A stretch of 64,000 nt of DNA, from positions 1 through 64,000 of the IMG/VR virus record IMGVR_UViG_3300048502_000089; one strand, 5' to 3'. This document shows, piece by piece, positions 16,861-24,223 of this stretch. The DNA comes from a virus. Taxonomy: Duplodnaviria; Caudoviricetes. The notes under the pieces were generated by a model. That model saw only the letters and a list, made by a program, of their open reading frames with translations. It did not search any database and had not been told where the DNA came from. The position numbers and the translations under genes were made by a program. The stretch's first letter is position 1, and each line of letters begins with the position of its first letter.

Positions 16861-17156
16861 TGGCAGGAGGGATTCTTCCAGCCCCAGCTCTGAGCGCGAG
16901 CGGCGCAGTTGTCTGCAATGCTCCCTCTCAGGATGGGTCGAATATCGCCATCACACCGTACGCCCTGGCAGGATGGAGCGCGACTGGTTCTGGCAGCGCC
17001 ATCATCTACGACGGCACGAGCAGCGCTGGTGTGCCTCTCGCAAATGATGTTGCTGCAGGAGAGTTCGAGTATCCAGAAGAGCTCGAGATCAACTCAGGGC
17101 ACCTATACGTCGCCATCACTGGGACGTTATCGGTGATCATTTACTTCATGCACTAG
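16860..17156 (+). CDS. Small beta-rich protein (98 aa), possible virion decoration protein
   Basis: G/S/A/T-rich; IYDGTSSAG motif; TAATG overlap. Confidence 0.65.
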   Translation: MAGGILPAPALSASGAVVCNAPSQDGSNIAITPYALAGWSATGSGSAIIYDGTSSAGVPLANDVAAGEFEYPEELEINSGHLYVAITGTLSVIIYFMH

Positions 17157-17165
17157 AAGTAATTG

Positions 17166-17194
17166 GGGCGCCCCTTGAGTGTGCGGGGGCGCCC
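17166..17194 (+). terminator. GC-rich hairpin, putative terminator
   Basis: GGGCGCCCC/GGGGCGCCC 9-bp stem, followed by ATTT. Confidence 0.55.
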
Positions 17195-17862
17195 ATTTGG
17201 GGGTCAGTGGTCACTGGCCCGAAACGGAAAAGGAGACATATGTCATCCGCCGAATCACATTCCAAATCGCCATCCTGCTGTGCCTAGCAGTACCCAGCAC
17301 AGCTCTTGGCGCTCATAGTCTCTTTGCGCAGGAACTCCAGCCAGTCAAGTTCCATCTGACACACCCAACCAGAGAATGGTGGCCGAAAGCTCATTGCGGG
17401 CATGATCGTGTCTGCATAGCTAACGTCGCGCATCGTCTTTGTCGGTATGACCCCAGTGACGCTTGGCACTGCACAATCTGGCGACGCTGGAAACTCGAGC
17501 GAGAAGCTCACATAGCATCGATCCATCAGCCGATAACAGCTTGCGAGACGATCGCCTGCGATCAAGCATTCCTCGTGCAGCAAGTCGGCTCAGCAGAAGC
17601 CGCGTGCGCTGAGGGAGTCATCAAAGATGAGGACAACACCTACGCTCCGGTGCGGTACTTTGGCGACAACCCCGCCAATTCTCCCTATGACACGCCATAC
17701 GGGATCCCGCAGGCAAATCCCGGCTCGAAGATGGCTTCAGCCGGCGCTGATTGGCTGACGAGCGCCACTACCCAGCTCCGATGGATGATCGAATACGTCA
17801 AGCAGCGCTACGGAGACTTCTGCGGAGCGCTGGCAAACGAGAACGCCTACCATTCCTACTGA
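17179..17862 (+). CDS. Secreted lytic-transglycosylase (SLT/Rpf-like lysozyme-fold) protein; true start uncertain (about 17240-17245)
   Basis: Signal peptide RRITFQIAILLCLAVPSTALGA; C-terminal YGIPQANPGSKMASAGADW...TQLRWMIEYVKQRYG..CGA actinobacterial transglycosylase signature. Confidence 0.8.
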   Translation: MCGGAHLGVSGHWPETEKETYVIRRITFQIAILLCLAVPSTALGAHSLFAQELQPVKFHLTHPTREWWPKAHCGHDRVCIANVAHRLCRYDPSDAWHCTIWRRWKLEREAHIASIHQPITACETIACDQAFLVQQVGSAEAACAEGVIKDEDNTYAPVRYFGDNPANSPYDTPYGIPQANPGSKMASAGADWLTSATTQLRWMIEYVKQRYGDFCGALANENAYHSY

Positions 17863-17863
17863 C

Positions 17864-18094
17864 ATGCGATTCTGGCCTTGGTCTCGTTTCCACGCGCTCG
17901 AACTCGAGAACCAACGCCTGCACGATTGCATCAGACGACTCAAGAAGCGGACGCGCGTACTCGAGGACTTCAAGCACGACCATGACTCTCGCTCGAAGCG
18001 TCGTGAGTGGTGGTTGACTAAGGGAGGCCCATCAATCGCCGGCTTCATCATCCTCGGTCTAACCCTCAACACCGCATTCCACTGGCTTGGGTAA
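17864..18094 (+). CDS. Coiled-coil plus C-terminal TM protein (76 aa)
   Basis: LELENQRLHDCIRRLKKRTRVLE, then hydrophobic tail. Confidence 0.7.
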   Translation: MRFWPWSRFHALELENQRLHDCIRRLKKRTRVLEDFKHDHDSRSKRREWWLTKGGPSIAGFIILGLTLNTAFHWLG

Positions 18095-18473
18095 TCCTTT
18101 CGGCTACACCTACGAAGACTATGTGCGCGAGAAAAGGGTAGTGATTCTTGACCCGAATCACTGTTTCAGTTGGACTTATGCTAAGCGCCAATGGCACGAA
18201 GATGCTGGATGGCAAGATCCAAACGACCCGAGTTTAGTCCTAGCTGGGATCATGCTCGTCCATCGCACACCAGATGGACGCGCGTGTGGTGGGCACTGTG
18301 CATTCGGTATAGCCTTGAATCCCAGTGAGTATGGAAAGAAGAGAGGGCGATGGACGATCCAATCGATCTCCCCCTTGACCATCTCTCCCTCTGTACTCTG
18401 CAAAGACGATCACGGAGAGAACTGCGGTGGAACACATGGATTCATCCGCAGCGGTGTTTGGATTCCATGCTAA
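18087..18473 (+). CDS. Cys/His protein resembling DUF6527-type proteins
   Basis: H...CGG and TISPSVLC...CGGTHGFIRSGVWIPC motifs; family call from memory. Confidence 0.5.
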   Translation: MGNPFGYTYEDYVREKRVVILDPNHCFSWTYAKRQWHEDAGWQDPNDPSLVLAGIMLVHRTPDGRACGGHCAFGIALNPSEYGKKRGRWTIQSISPLTISPSVLCKDDHGENCGGTHGFIRSGVWIPC

Positions 18474-18490
18474 ACAGCTAGAAAGGCACC

Positions 18491-18685
18491 ATGTCACTAA
18501 GAACGCTACTCCTCATCCTTATCGTCCTATGCTTCGTTGCCGCGTTGCTCACCGCAACTGGGTCGACAATCCTCAACGCTGGCTGGCGCACATGGATCGC
18601 TGCAGGAGGACTCGGCTTCGCGCTCGACGCACTCTGCGGCGGCTACGAGCCATACACGGTTGATCACCGGCGACGAGTAGGCTAA
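18491..18685 (+). CDS. Small two-TM membrane protein (holin-like size)
   Basis: GAAAGG SD; two hydrophobic helices. Confidence 0.7.
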   Translation: MSLRTLLLILIVLCFVAALLTATGSTILNAGWRTWIAAGGLGFALDALCGGYEPYTVDHRRRVG

Positions 18686-18688
18686 GCT

Positions 18689-18767
18689 GCCGTTGTCCCT
18701 CGGTTCGACTCCAAGGTCGCTGGAAGATCCCAGCGGGAGCAGAGTGCGGCAACTCTGGACGAACGGC
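18689..18767 (+). ncRNA. Candidate permuted tRNA-like (YrlA/Y-RNA-like) four-way-junction RNA
   Basis: Closing stem GCCGTTGTCC/GGAC-G-AACGGC; T-arm CTCGG-TTCGACT-CCAAG; hairpin CGCTGG/CCAGCG; hairpin AGAGT/ACTCT. Confidence 0.45.
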
Positions 18768-18796
18768 CTACCTATGCCAGAACTGGGTAGGCCGTT
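18762..18796. terminator. 11-bp hairpin at the convergence of the + and - operons
   Basis: AACGGCCTACC/GGTAGGCCGTT. Confidence 0.7.
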
Positions 18797-18803
18797 TGTG
18801 GTT

Positions 18804-19202
18804 CTAGGGCTGCCGGCGCATCAAGGGCACCGACGCCTTCGCTCGCACGATCTCTGAGCGCTTCCTGGGCTTGACCGTGCTTTCGCCGCGGCCAATGAGC
18901 TCAGCGAGATCCTCGAGCCGAATCAAGACGAGGCGAGCGCCGTCCTGATCTTCAATTGCCAATAGGGGGGTAGCTCCGGTGCCCTGGGCAATCTCAATTG
19001 ATTCGGCCAATTCCTGCCGTGTCTGGGACCAAGAACGGCGGGTGGTTGGGTTGCTCTTGCAGCTTACCCGCATCCCTCGCCCGCGGTTGTCCCCCTGATC
19101 GTGCCACTGGTTCCCCGAGGCGGCGGTAAGCGCAAGCCCTAGAGCCTCGCTCACCGCGACCTCGAAGACGCGACCTTGTTCGATCGCGCTGCGATCTGGC
19201 AT
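18804..19202 (-). CDS. PD-(D/E)xK nuclease, Hjc-like Holliday junction resolvase candidate
   Basis: GRVFEVAV...ASGNQWHDQGD...VSCKS. Confidence 0.65.
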   Translation of the reverse strand: MPDRSAIEQGRVFEVAVSEALGLALTAASGNQWHDQGDNRGRGMRVSCKSNPTTRRSWSQTRQELAESIEIAQGTGATPLLAIEDQDGARLVLIRLEDLAELIGRGESTVKPRKRSEIVRAKASVPLMRRQP

Positions 19203-19204
19203 CC

Positions 19205-19978
19205 CTAGATCGAAGGGGTTTCTTGCGTGGGATCAGACGGCACTGGATCGGCCGGCGCAACCTCTGCCACAGGAGCAGGCGGTGGGGTCTCGGCCACTTC
19301 TGGCTCTGGCTCGAGCGCACCAAGAGGAACTCCCTCAGCGCCACCAGCAGCAGAGATCACTGGTTCAGCGATCTGCGCGACATCTGGGACCGCAGCGACT
19401 TCTTCTGGCGCCGGATGCTCAGCCACTACTGGCTCTTCAACCGGAGCTGACTCAACTGGAGTCTCAATCGCACTTGCATCGGAGAGCGCACTGGAAATGA
19501 ACTCATCAGTCGTCTGCACTGGTTCGCTTGTATCGGGCACCGACGAAAGCTCTCCATCCGAGAGGATTGGGACAACATCTGGGACAGAAGCATCCGACGT
19601 GGGCTCGCCAACCGTAGGGTCTGCCTCTACAGGCGCGGGCGTAACTGCAGTGACAGTCGCTCGAGCTGCAGCATCCTCGAGGCCGACTACCGTCGTACCA
19701 GCCGGCGCAAGAGCCGGTGGAGCATCAATCACAGTCGGGTCTCCTGGCTTGGGAAGAGAGTTGACGGTCACGGTGACGTAATCGCCAGACTGTCCAGGGG
19801 ATGCGTTGATATGACCCGCACCGGAGATGGCAAGATAACCACCAATCTCCTTAGCAAGATCCTCGAGGAACGCTGTAACCTTCTGCGCGATCCGATCCTG
19901 CCGCCCTTCAAGTTCCTGAACGACTTTTGCTTCAATTTCCTCGGCGTCGGCCGTGACCGACCTAATGCTGAAACTCAT
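19205..19978 (-). CDS. Acidic Pro/Ala/Val-rich low-complexity protein (257 aa)
   Basis: ORF in operon; small folded N-terminus, disordered C-terminus. Confidence 0.75.
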   Translation of the reverse strand: MSFSIRSVTADAEEIEAKVVQELEGRQDRIAQKVTAFLEDLAKEIGGYLAISGAGHINASPGQSGDYVTVTVNSLPKPGDPTVIDAPPALAPAGTTVVGLEDAAARATVTAVTPAPVEADPTVGEPTSDASVPDVVPILSDGELSSVPDTSEPVQTTDEFISSALSDASAIETPVESAPVEEPVVAEHPAPEEVAAVPDVAQIAEPVISAAGGAEGVPLGALEPEPEVAETPPPAPVAEVAPADPVPSDPTQETPSI

Positions 19979-19990
19979 TGCGATGCCTTT

Positions 19991-20203
19991 CTAGTCGTTG
20001 GTCAGCAGACGCAGACGCCCATTGGGTCGCAGCTCTGAAGTTGTCCCATCAGAGTACCGGATGATAGGAACGATGTCAGTCTGAGACTCGTCCCAGTAAC
20101 GCCAGCCCACCACCTTGCAGGATGGCTCTTTCTTAGCAAGCGTTTCGAGACGATGGAATTGGTCTGCGTTCAGATAATGACTACTGGGCACAACCAACTC
20201 CAT
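19991..20203 (-). CDS. Hypothetical protein (70 aa)
   Basis: ORF in operon. Confidence 0.65.
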   Translation of the reverse strand: MELVVPSSHYLNADQFHRLETLAKKEPSCKVVGWRYWDESQTDIVPIIRYSDGTTSELRPNGRLRLLTND

Positions 20204-20224
20204 CTCTCGAACTAGACGATGCTG

Positions 20225-20644
20225 CTAAGCAGCGTGGTAGCCGTCCTCGCGCTTGACGACCTTGCCGTCCTTCTCCAGACCGGGCAGAACCCGGTACAGG
20301 TAGTTCGGCTTCATCTTGAGCTTGGCTGCGATGTCCTTGATCGACAGCCCCGGCGTGACGGTGATCAGAGCGATCACCTCGTTGGCACGGTTTCCCGAAC
20401 CAGCGGGACGACCACGCTTACCCGTGCCGCCAGCCGGCTTCGCCTTCGCTGCCGTGGCAGGCTTGGCGACAGTCGACTTGGCAACGCTCGCGCGTGGCTT
20501 CGCTACCGGCTTACCGTTGCCATTGGCGAACGCGGCGCCAAGCGCCTCGTCTGCCGCAAGCAGTTCTGCGTGCTCTGCCACGAGTGGCTCGAGCTCGGTG
20601 ATTCGCTTGGTGATGTCGCTACGGAAGTCTTCCAAGAGGGGCAT
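20225..20644 (-). CDS. Histone-like nucleoid-associated protein (coiled coil, Lys/Ala linker, AT-hook-like KRGRP, winged HTH)
   Basis: GKRGRPAGSG...PGLSIKDIAAKLKMKPNYLYRVLPGLEKDGKVVK; GAAAGGAG SD. Confidence 0.8.
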   Translation of the reverse strand: MPLLEDFRSDITKRITELEPLVAEHAELLAADEALGAAFANGNGKPVAKPRASVAKSTVAKPATAAKAKPAGGTGKRGRPAGSGNRANEVIALITVTPGLSIKDIAAKLKMKPNYLYRVLPGLEKDGKVVKREDGYHAA

Positions 20645-20696
20645 TTAGGTCTCCTTTCGGTCTGCTTTGCATGACTCGAATACAACTTACCACAGC

Positions 20697-20726
20697 AGCG
20701 TACCAGAATTCAAACTTTCTTGTCAA
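20697..20726 (-). promoter_or_regulatory. Strong housekeeping-sigma promoter for the nucleoid-protein operon
   Basis: TTGACA-N18-TACGCT with TG extension on the - strand; the -35 overlaps the portal stop codon. Confidence 0.7.
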
Positions 20727-23700
20727 CGATATGCGAGCTGGCTGCCAAGCATCTTCAAGAACTGCCGCTCGTTCTCTTCGTCGACATCTTCAGCAAGGTA
20801 GAGGATCTCGGCCTTGGAGTCGTAAACCACTGGCCGTCCTTGGGCATTCAGGTGCGCTGGGAACTCAGCGACGCGCTCGAGCTGAAGGTTATCCGTAGTG
20901 AGCGCCGTGAAGTAAAGCGTGCAGTTGGGATGAAGAAGCCCAATCCCCTTCGCATCCTTGACGCTCACCACGCGGCCATCCCTTGAGAGGCATGGGGCAT
21001 CAGTCTTCTGATCCTTGCCGTCGCTCGCGTCATGGATCTGGACTTGCTGAACGCCAGCAAGATCAAGCGCCGAGAGCGTGCCGTGGTTGTATGCCTCGGC
21101 CGCTTCTGTACGCGCGACTCGATCAGCATGGGTAGCCGGGAAGTCAGCGAAGTGCTCTCGGACTGCAGTAGCCGCAGCAGCAGGATCGAGACTTTCCTGC
21201 AGATGGTTCTCGAGCCAGTCCTGCACTTCCGAGCTCACCGTGCCATCGATCGATCCCAGAGCCGTGCCAACACGATCCGTCACCCACGGAGAGACAGCCG
21301 CCCCGTTGAAATCACTTGCGTCGAGCCGCGCACCCTTGAGCGTAACCACGCCACCTACAACCGCCAGCTTCGTCATCAGATCAGCCATCTTCGCCGCCGT
21401 CGAGCCTGCTTCTCCTACCGCCTGAGTTGGATGCCCTGGGACACCCGGAGCGTGCTGCGATGCCCAGAGAGCAACAATCGTGGCTGCCTGTGTCTTAGCA
21501 TCCTGCTTTGGCACGCCTTTGCCCTCAGCAAGATGGAGCGTTGGAAGCGCCTCGAGGAAATCAGCAAAGGAGCTGTACTGCTCGGTATAGCGCTCGAGGA
21601 ACAGACGGCGCAGGCGAACAATCGATGAGCGCGATGCCGGCGCCTTGTAGTGAGGAGTGTCTGGGAGATCACCCATGAAGCCATCCGACTCAGACAAGAT
21701 GATCAATTGCGGCGGCTGCACATACCGGCTCTCACCCATTGGTGTCTTTTCAACCCCAGCGTTGTAACCCTGGGTACCATTCGGTGATGGAGCCATCTGC
21801 GGAGGCCCACTGATCGCAGCGAGCGCAGCGATGTTCTTGATCTCGGTCTTCATCTGCTCCTCATTGAGCAACGGGATCCCTGCCTGCGCGAGCAACGTAC
21901 GCACATCGACGGGGAGTACATCGCCACGGACTTGCCCAATCAGCGTCAACACAACTTGCCTGAGCTGAGCGTCAAGTACACCGAGGCCACGGCTCACTCT
22001 GCGGCATGGAGTACCAATCTTCTCAGGGAAGTTCGCCGCAATGAATTGCGTGTACATATGATCAGAAACGTAATTGTCAAATTGGTCGATGAGAAGTTGC
22101 TGTGATTCTTGGTAGACCTCACCAAGCTGTTGAGCGACGTTGCGTGAAGAAGACGAACCACGACCCTCGATGAACGCCTGCTCGGGAACGAACCACGCCC
22201 TCAGCTTCAAAGTGTCGAGGTGTGCAAAAGTAGTATCCATATCAGCAAAGTGTGACTCACCACCTTGCAAATATGCAATTTCCCAAGCCCGTGTGTTGGT
22301 GGGTTTCCCGTCAGCACCTTCCATCATGTTCGCTGGCATCGCCACCGTAGCGCCAGATCGAGCTCCCTCACCAACAGCAAGAGCTTTCCTCCGCGCTGAC
22401 GTAACTCGATTTTCCATATCTTCGCTGTCAATGAACTCATCGAAGTCGGTCGGGTAGTAGACCATCTTGGGAGGATCTACCTTGTTCTCAAACATCCGAT
22501 CAGCAAGAGCCCAGCGATACCAATAACTCCACCAGTAGCGAAACGCACGCTTGGTACGAGGGCTTCCAAAAACAGAGTTCTGGGTGATGATGCCATTTGT
22601 TACATAATGATGATGGCGCTCGACATCCAGGGATACCACAACACCCTCATAATGCTCACGAGTAATTTTGAAGTGACGCCACTCAGGATGAATATGATCT
22701 ACATCAGCCGGAAGTTCCATCAACCCAGGTATGAGATTGGCCGCACAGATTGTCCATCTAGCCTGCCAACCTGCTTGAGTCTCACGCTGTTTACCAGGAG
22801 TCCTATGGTAAAGCGGATACTCCTCGTAAAGATTGCGATCAACTAGAAGTTTGCGGGCACCTGTCTCACTGTCCACTGAATTCCACACATGGTGGAGTTC
22901 ATCTAGACTCATTCGGTTCGCTGTGCCCTCACGAGCAGCAGTAGCTAGCTCAAACGTAAGATCAGGCACATGGTAAGTATGAGACCACAAAGTCTCATGG
23001 AAAAGTGCGGCTCGTTTTGAATCAAACACACCAAGCACCCATGCGTCAGTAGCCTTTTCTCCTTGGAGACGCATACCAACACCTGAACACGTAGCTTTGC
23101 CGTCTTGATGGACCCTCGTAACACCAATGCGCCACCAATGATCTCGACGCATCAAGTAAACAGCCCAATAATCTTCTGATTCAAAAGCCCAACGAACAGT
23201 GAGCTTGTGATTTGGCGTAACCCGAGTTTTCCTATCACCGAGGCTAATGGTCAGAAGCTCACCATCATAATCTCGCTCACCCTTGGTGAAACTACAACCA
23301 TCGTATTGTGGACGGCGTCCACGGCCAGAATATCCACGCAAAATCTCGTCCACATTCTTCTTGTAGGACACTAGCCGATGCTTGTCTGGGTCAAGTTCAC
23401 CAATTGGGACATACCCACCCAACGTCAAGACCGGCTCATCAGGGGGTTGACACCCAAAATTCAACTCTTGCTCATTCGTGATCCACATCGCATAATCATC
23501 ATCGATGACGTGCCCAGGGATTACCTCGTAGCCGTAAGCACTCGCAGCGCTGATGAGATCGTAATTCGGAATCGGCAGATTGGAGAACTTGAATCCCATC
23601 ATGTCGCCGTCCTCATCCCACATCGGCAGACAATGAGACGGGTTCAAAGCCATAGGTGATTTCCACAGGAGCATGTCTGCGCTCGAAGTCCACACAGGGA

Positions 23701-24223
23701 TGTCCTTATCAGGATCAGTTGCCTGTGGGTCGCGGTAGAAGCCACCAAGCCGACCAAGTTTGAATCGCTTGACGAGAGGCTGATGCCCATACCAGAGCAT
23801 GTTCGAGAAGTTCAGATAAGTCGCAGAGGAAATCGGACGAAACGCCTCGTCTACTGCAGCAGCAAGCTGTGCATCAGGTGACTCAATTGACCAATCCGCG
23901 CGAATCAGAGGAGCCATCGTGAAATACCATCCGAAACCAAGCATCAGATCAGTGGTCATTTCACGGAGCTGATCGAACGGGATGTAACGGACACTGAAAG
24001 GGTCGTGCGAGCGCCATCTCACGAGCTCGAGATCAAGGATCTCCGACTGAGTTCGCTGCCGAGTTGTAGGGCCGGCTGCTACCGCGGCTGAAAGACGATC
24101 TTTGACGCCTTTAGCCCTTGTTGCTTCAATGACTTTCTCTTCAACAGGTGAAGGCGCATTCGTCGCCTGCGTAAGAACTGGATCGAGCGATGCGAGCTGA
24201 TCTGGGCTTATCGATTTTGCCAC
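20723..24223 (-). CDS. Portal protein fused to C-terminal MuF-like minor head domain, intein-containing (alternative start 24277)
   Basis: Follows TerL; portal-like length after intein removal; MuF motif RVARTEAAEAYNHG...C..DG...HPNC. Confidence 0.8.
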   Translation of the reverse strand: MAKSISPDQLASLDPVLTQATNAPSPVEEKVIEATRAKGVKDRLSAAVAAGPTTRQRTQSEILDLELVRWRSHDPFSVRYIPFDQLREMTTDLMLGFGWYFTMAPLIRADWSIESPDAQLAAAVDEAFRPISSATYLNFSNMLWYGHQPLVKRFKLGRLGGFYRDPQATDPDKDIPVWTSSADMLLWKSPMALNPSHCLPMWDEDGDMMGFKFSNLPIPNYDLISAASAYGYEVIPGHVIDDDYAMWITNEQELNFGCQPPDEPVLTLGGYVPIGELDPDKHRLVSYKKNVDEILRGYSGRGRRPQYDGCSFTKGERDYDGELLTISLGDRKTRVTPNHKLTVRWAFESEDYWAVYLMRRDHWWRIGVTRVHQDGKATCSGVGMRLQGEKATDAWVLGVFDSKRAALFHETLWSHTYHVPDLTFELATAAREGTANRMSLDELHHVWNSVDSETGARKLLVDRNLYEEYPLYHRTPGKQRETQAGWQARWTICAANLIPGLMELPADVDHIHPEWRHFKITREHYEGVVVSLDVERHHHYVTNGIITQNSVFGSPRTKRAFRYWWSYWYRWALADRMFENKVDPPKMVYYPTDFDEFIDSEDMENRVTSARRKALAVGEGARSGATVAMPANMMEGADGKPTNTRAWEIAYLQGGESHFADMDTTFAHLDTLKLRAWFVPEQAFIEGRGSSSSRNVAQQLGEVYQESQQLLIDQFDNYVSDHMYTQFIAANFPEKIGTPCRRVSRGLGVLDAQLRQVVLTLIGQVRGDVLPVDVRTLLAQAGIPLLNEEQMKTEIKNIAALAAISGPPQMAPSPNGTQGYNAGVEKTPMGESRYVQPPQLIILSESDGFMGDLPDTPHYKAPASRSSIVRLRRLFLERYTEQYSSFADFLEALPTLHLAEGKGVPKQDAKTQAATIVALWASQHAPGVPGHPTQAVGEAGSTAAKMADLMTKLAVVGGVVTLKGARLDASDFNGAAVSPWVTDRVGTALGSIDGTVSSEVQDWLENHLQESLDPAAAATAVREHFADFPATHADRVARTEAAEAYNHGTLSALDLAGVQQVQIHDASDGKDQKTDAPCLSRDGRVVSVKDAKGIGLLHPNCTLYFTALTTDNLQLERVAEFPAHLNAQGRPVVYDSKAEILYLAEDVDEENERQFLKMLGSQLAYR
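22577..23452 (-). mobile_element. Intein (292 aa) in the portal, with GIY-YIG-like endonuclease
   Basis: N-terminus CQPPDEPVLT, block B RVTPNH, block F VVSLDV, C-terminus ITQN followed by Ser+1; internal AVYLMRR...RIGVT. Confidence 0.88.

Noticed and set aside
16391-17047. 218-aa + strand ORF
   Set aside because: Overlaps two better ORFs with strong RBS; low-complexity R/S shadow frame
19227-19781. 184-aa G/S/T/A-rich + strand ORF
   Set aside because: Antisense shadow of the Pro/Ala/Glu-rich 19205-19978 gene
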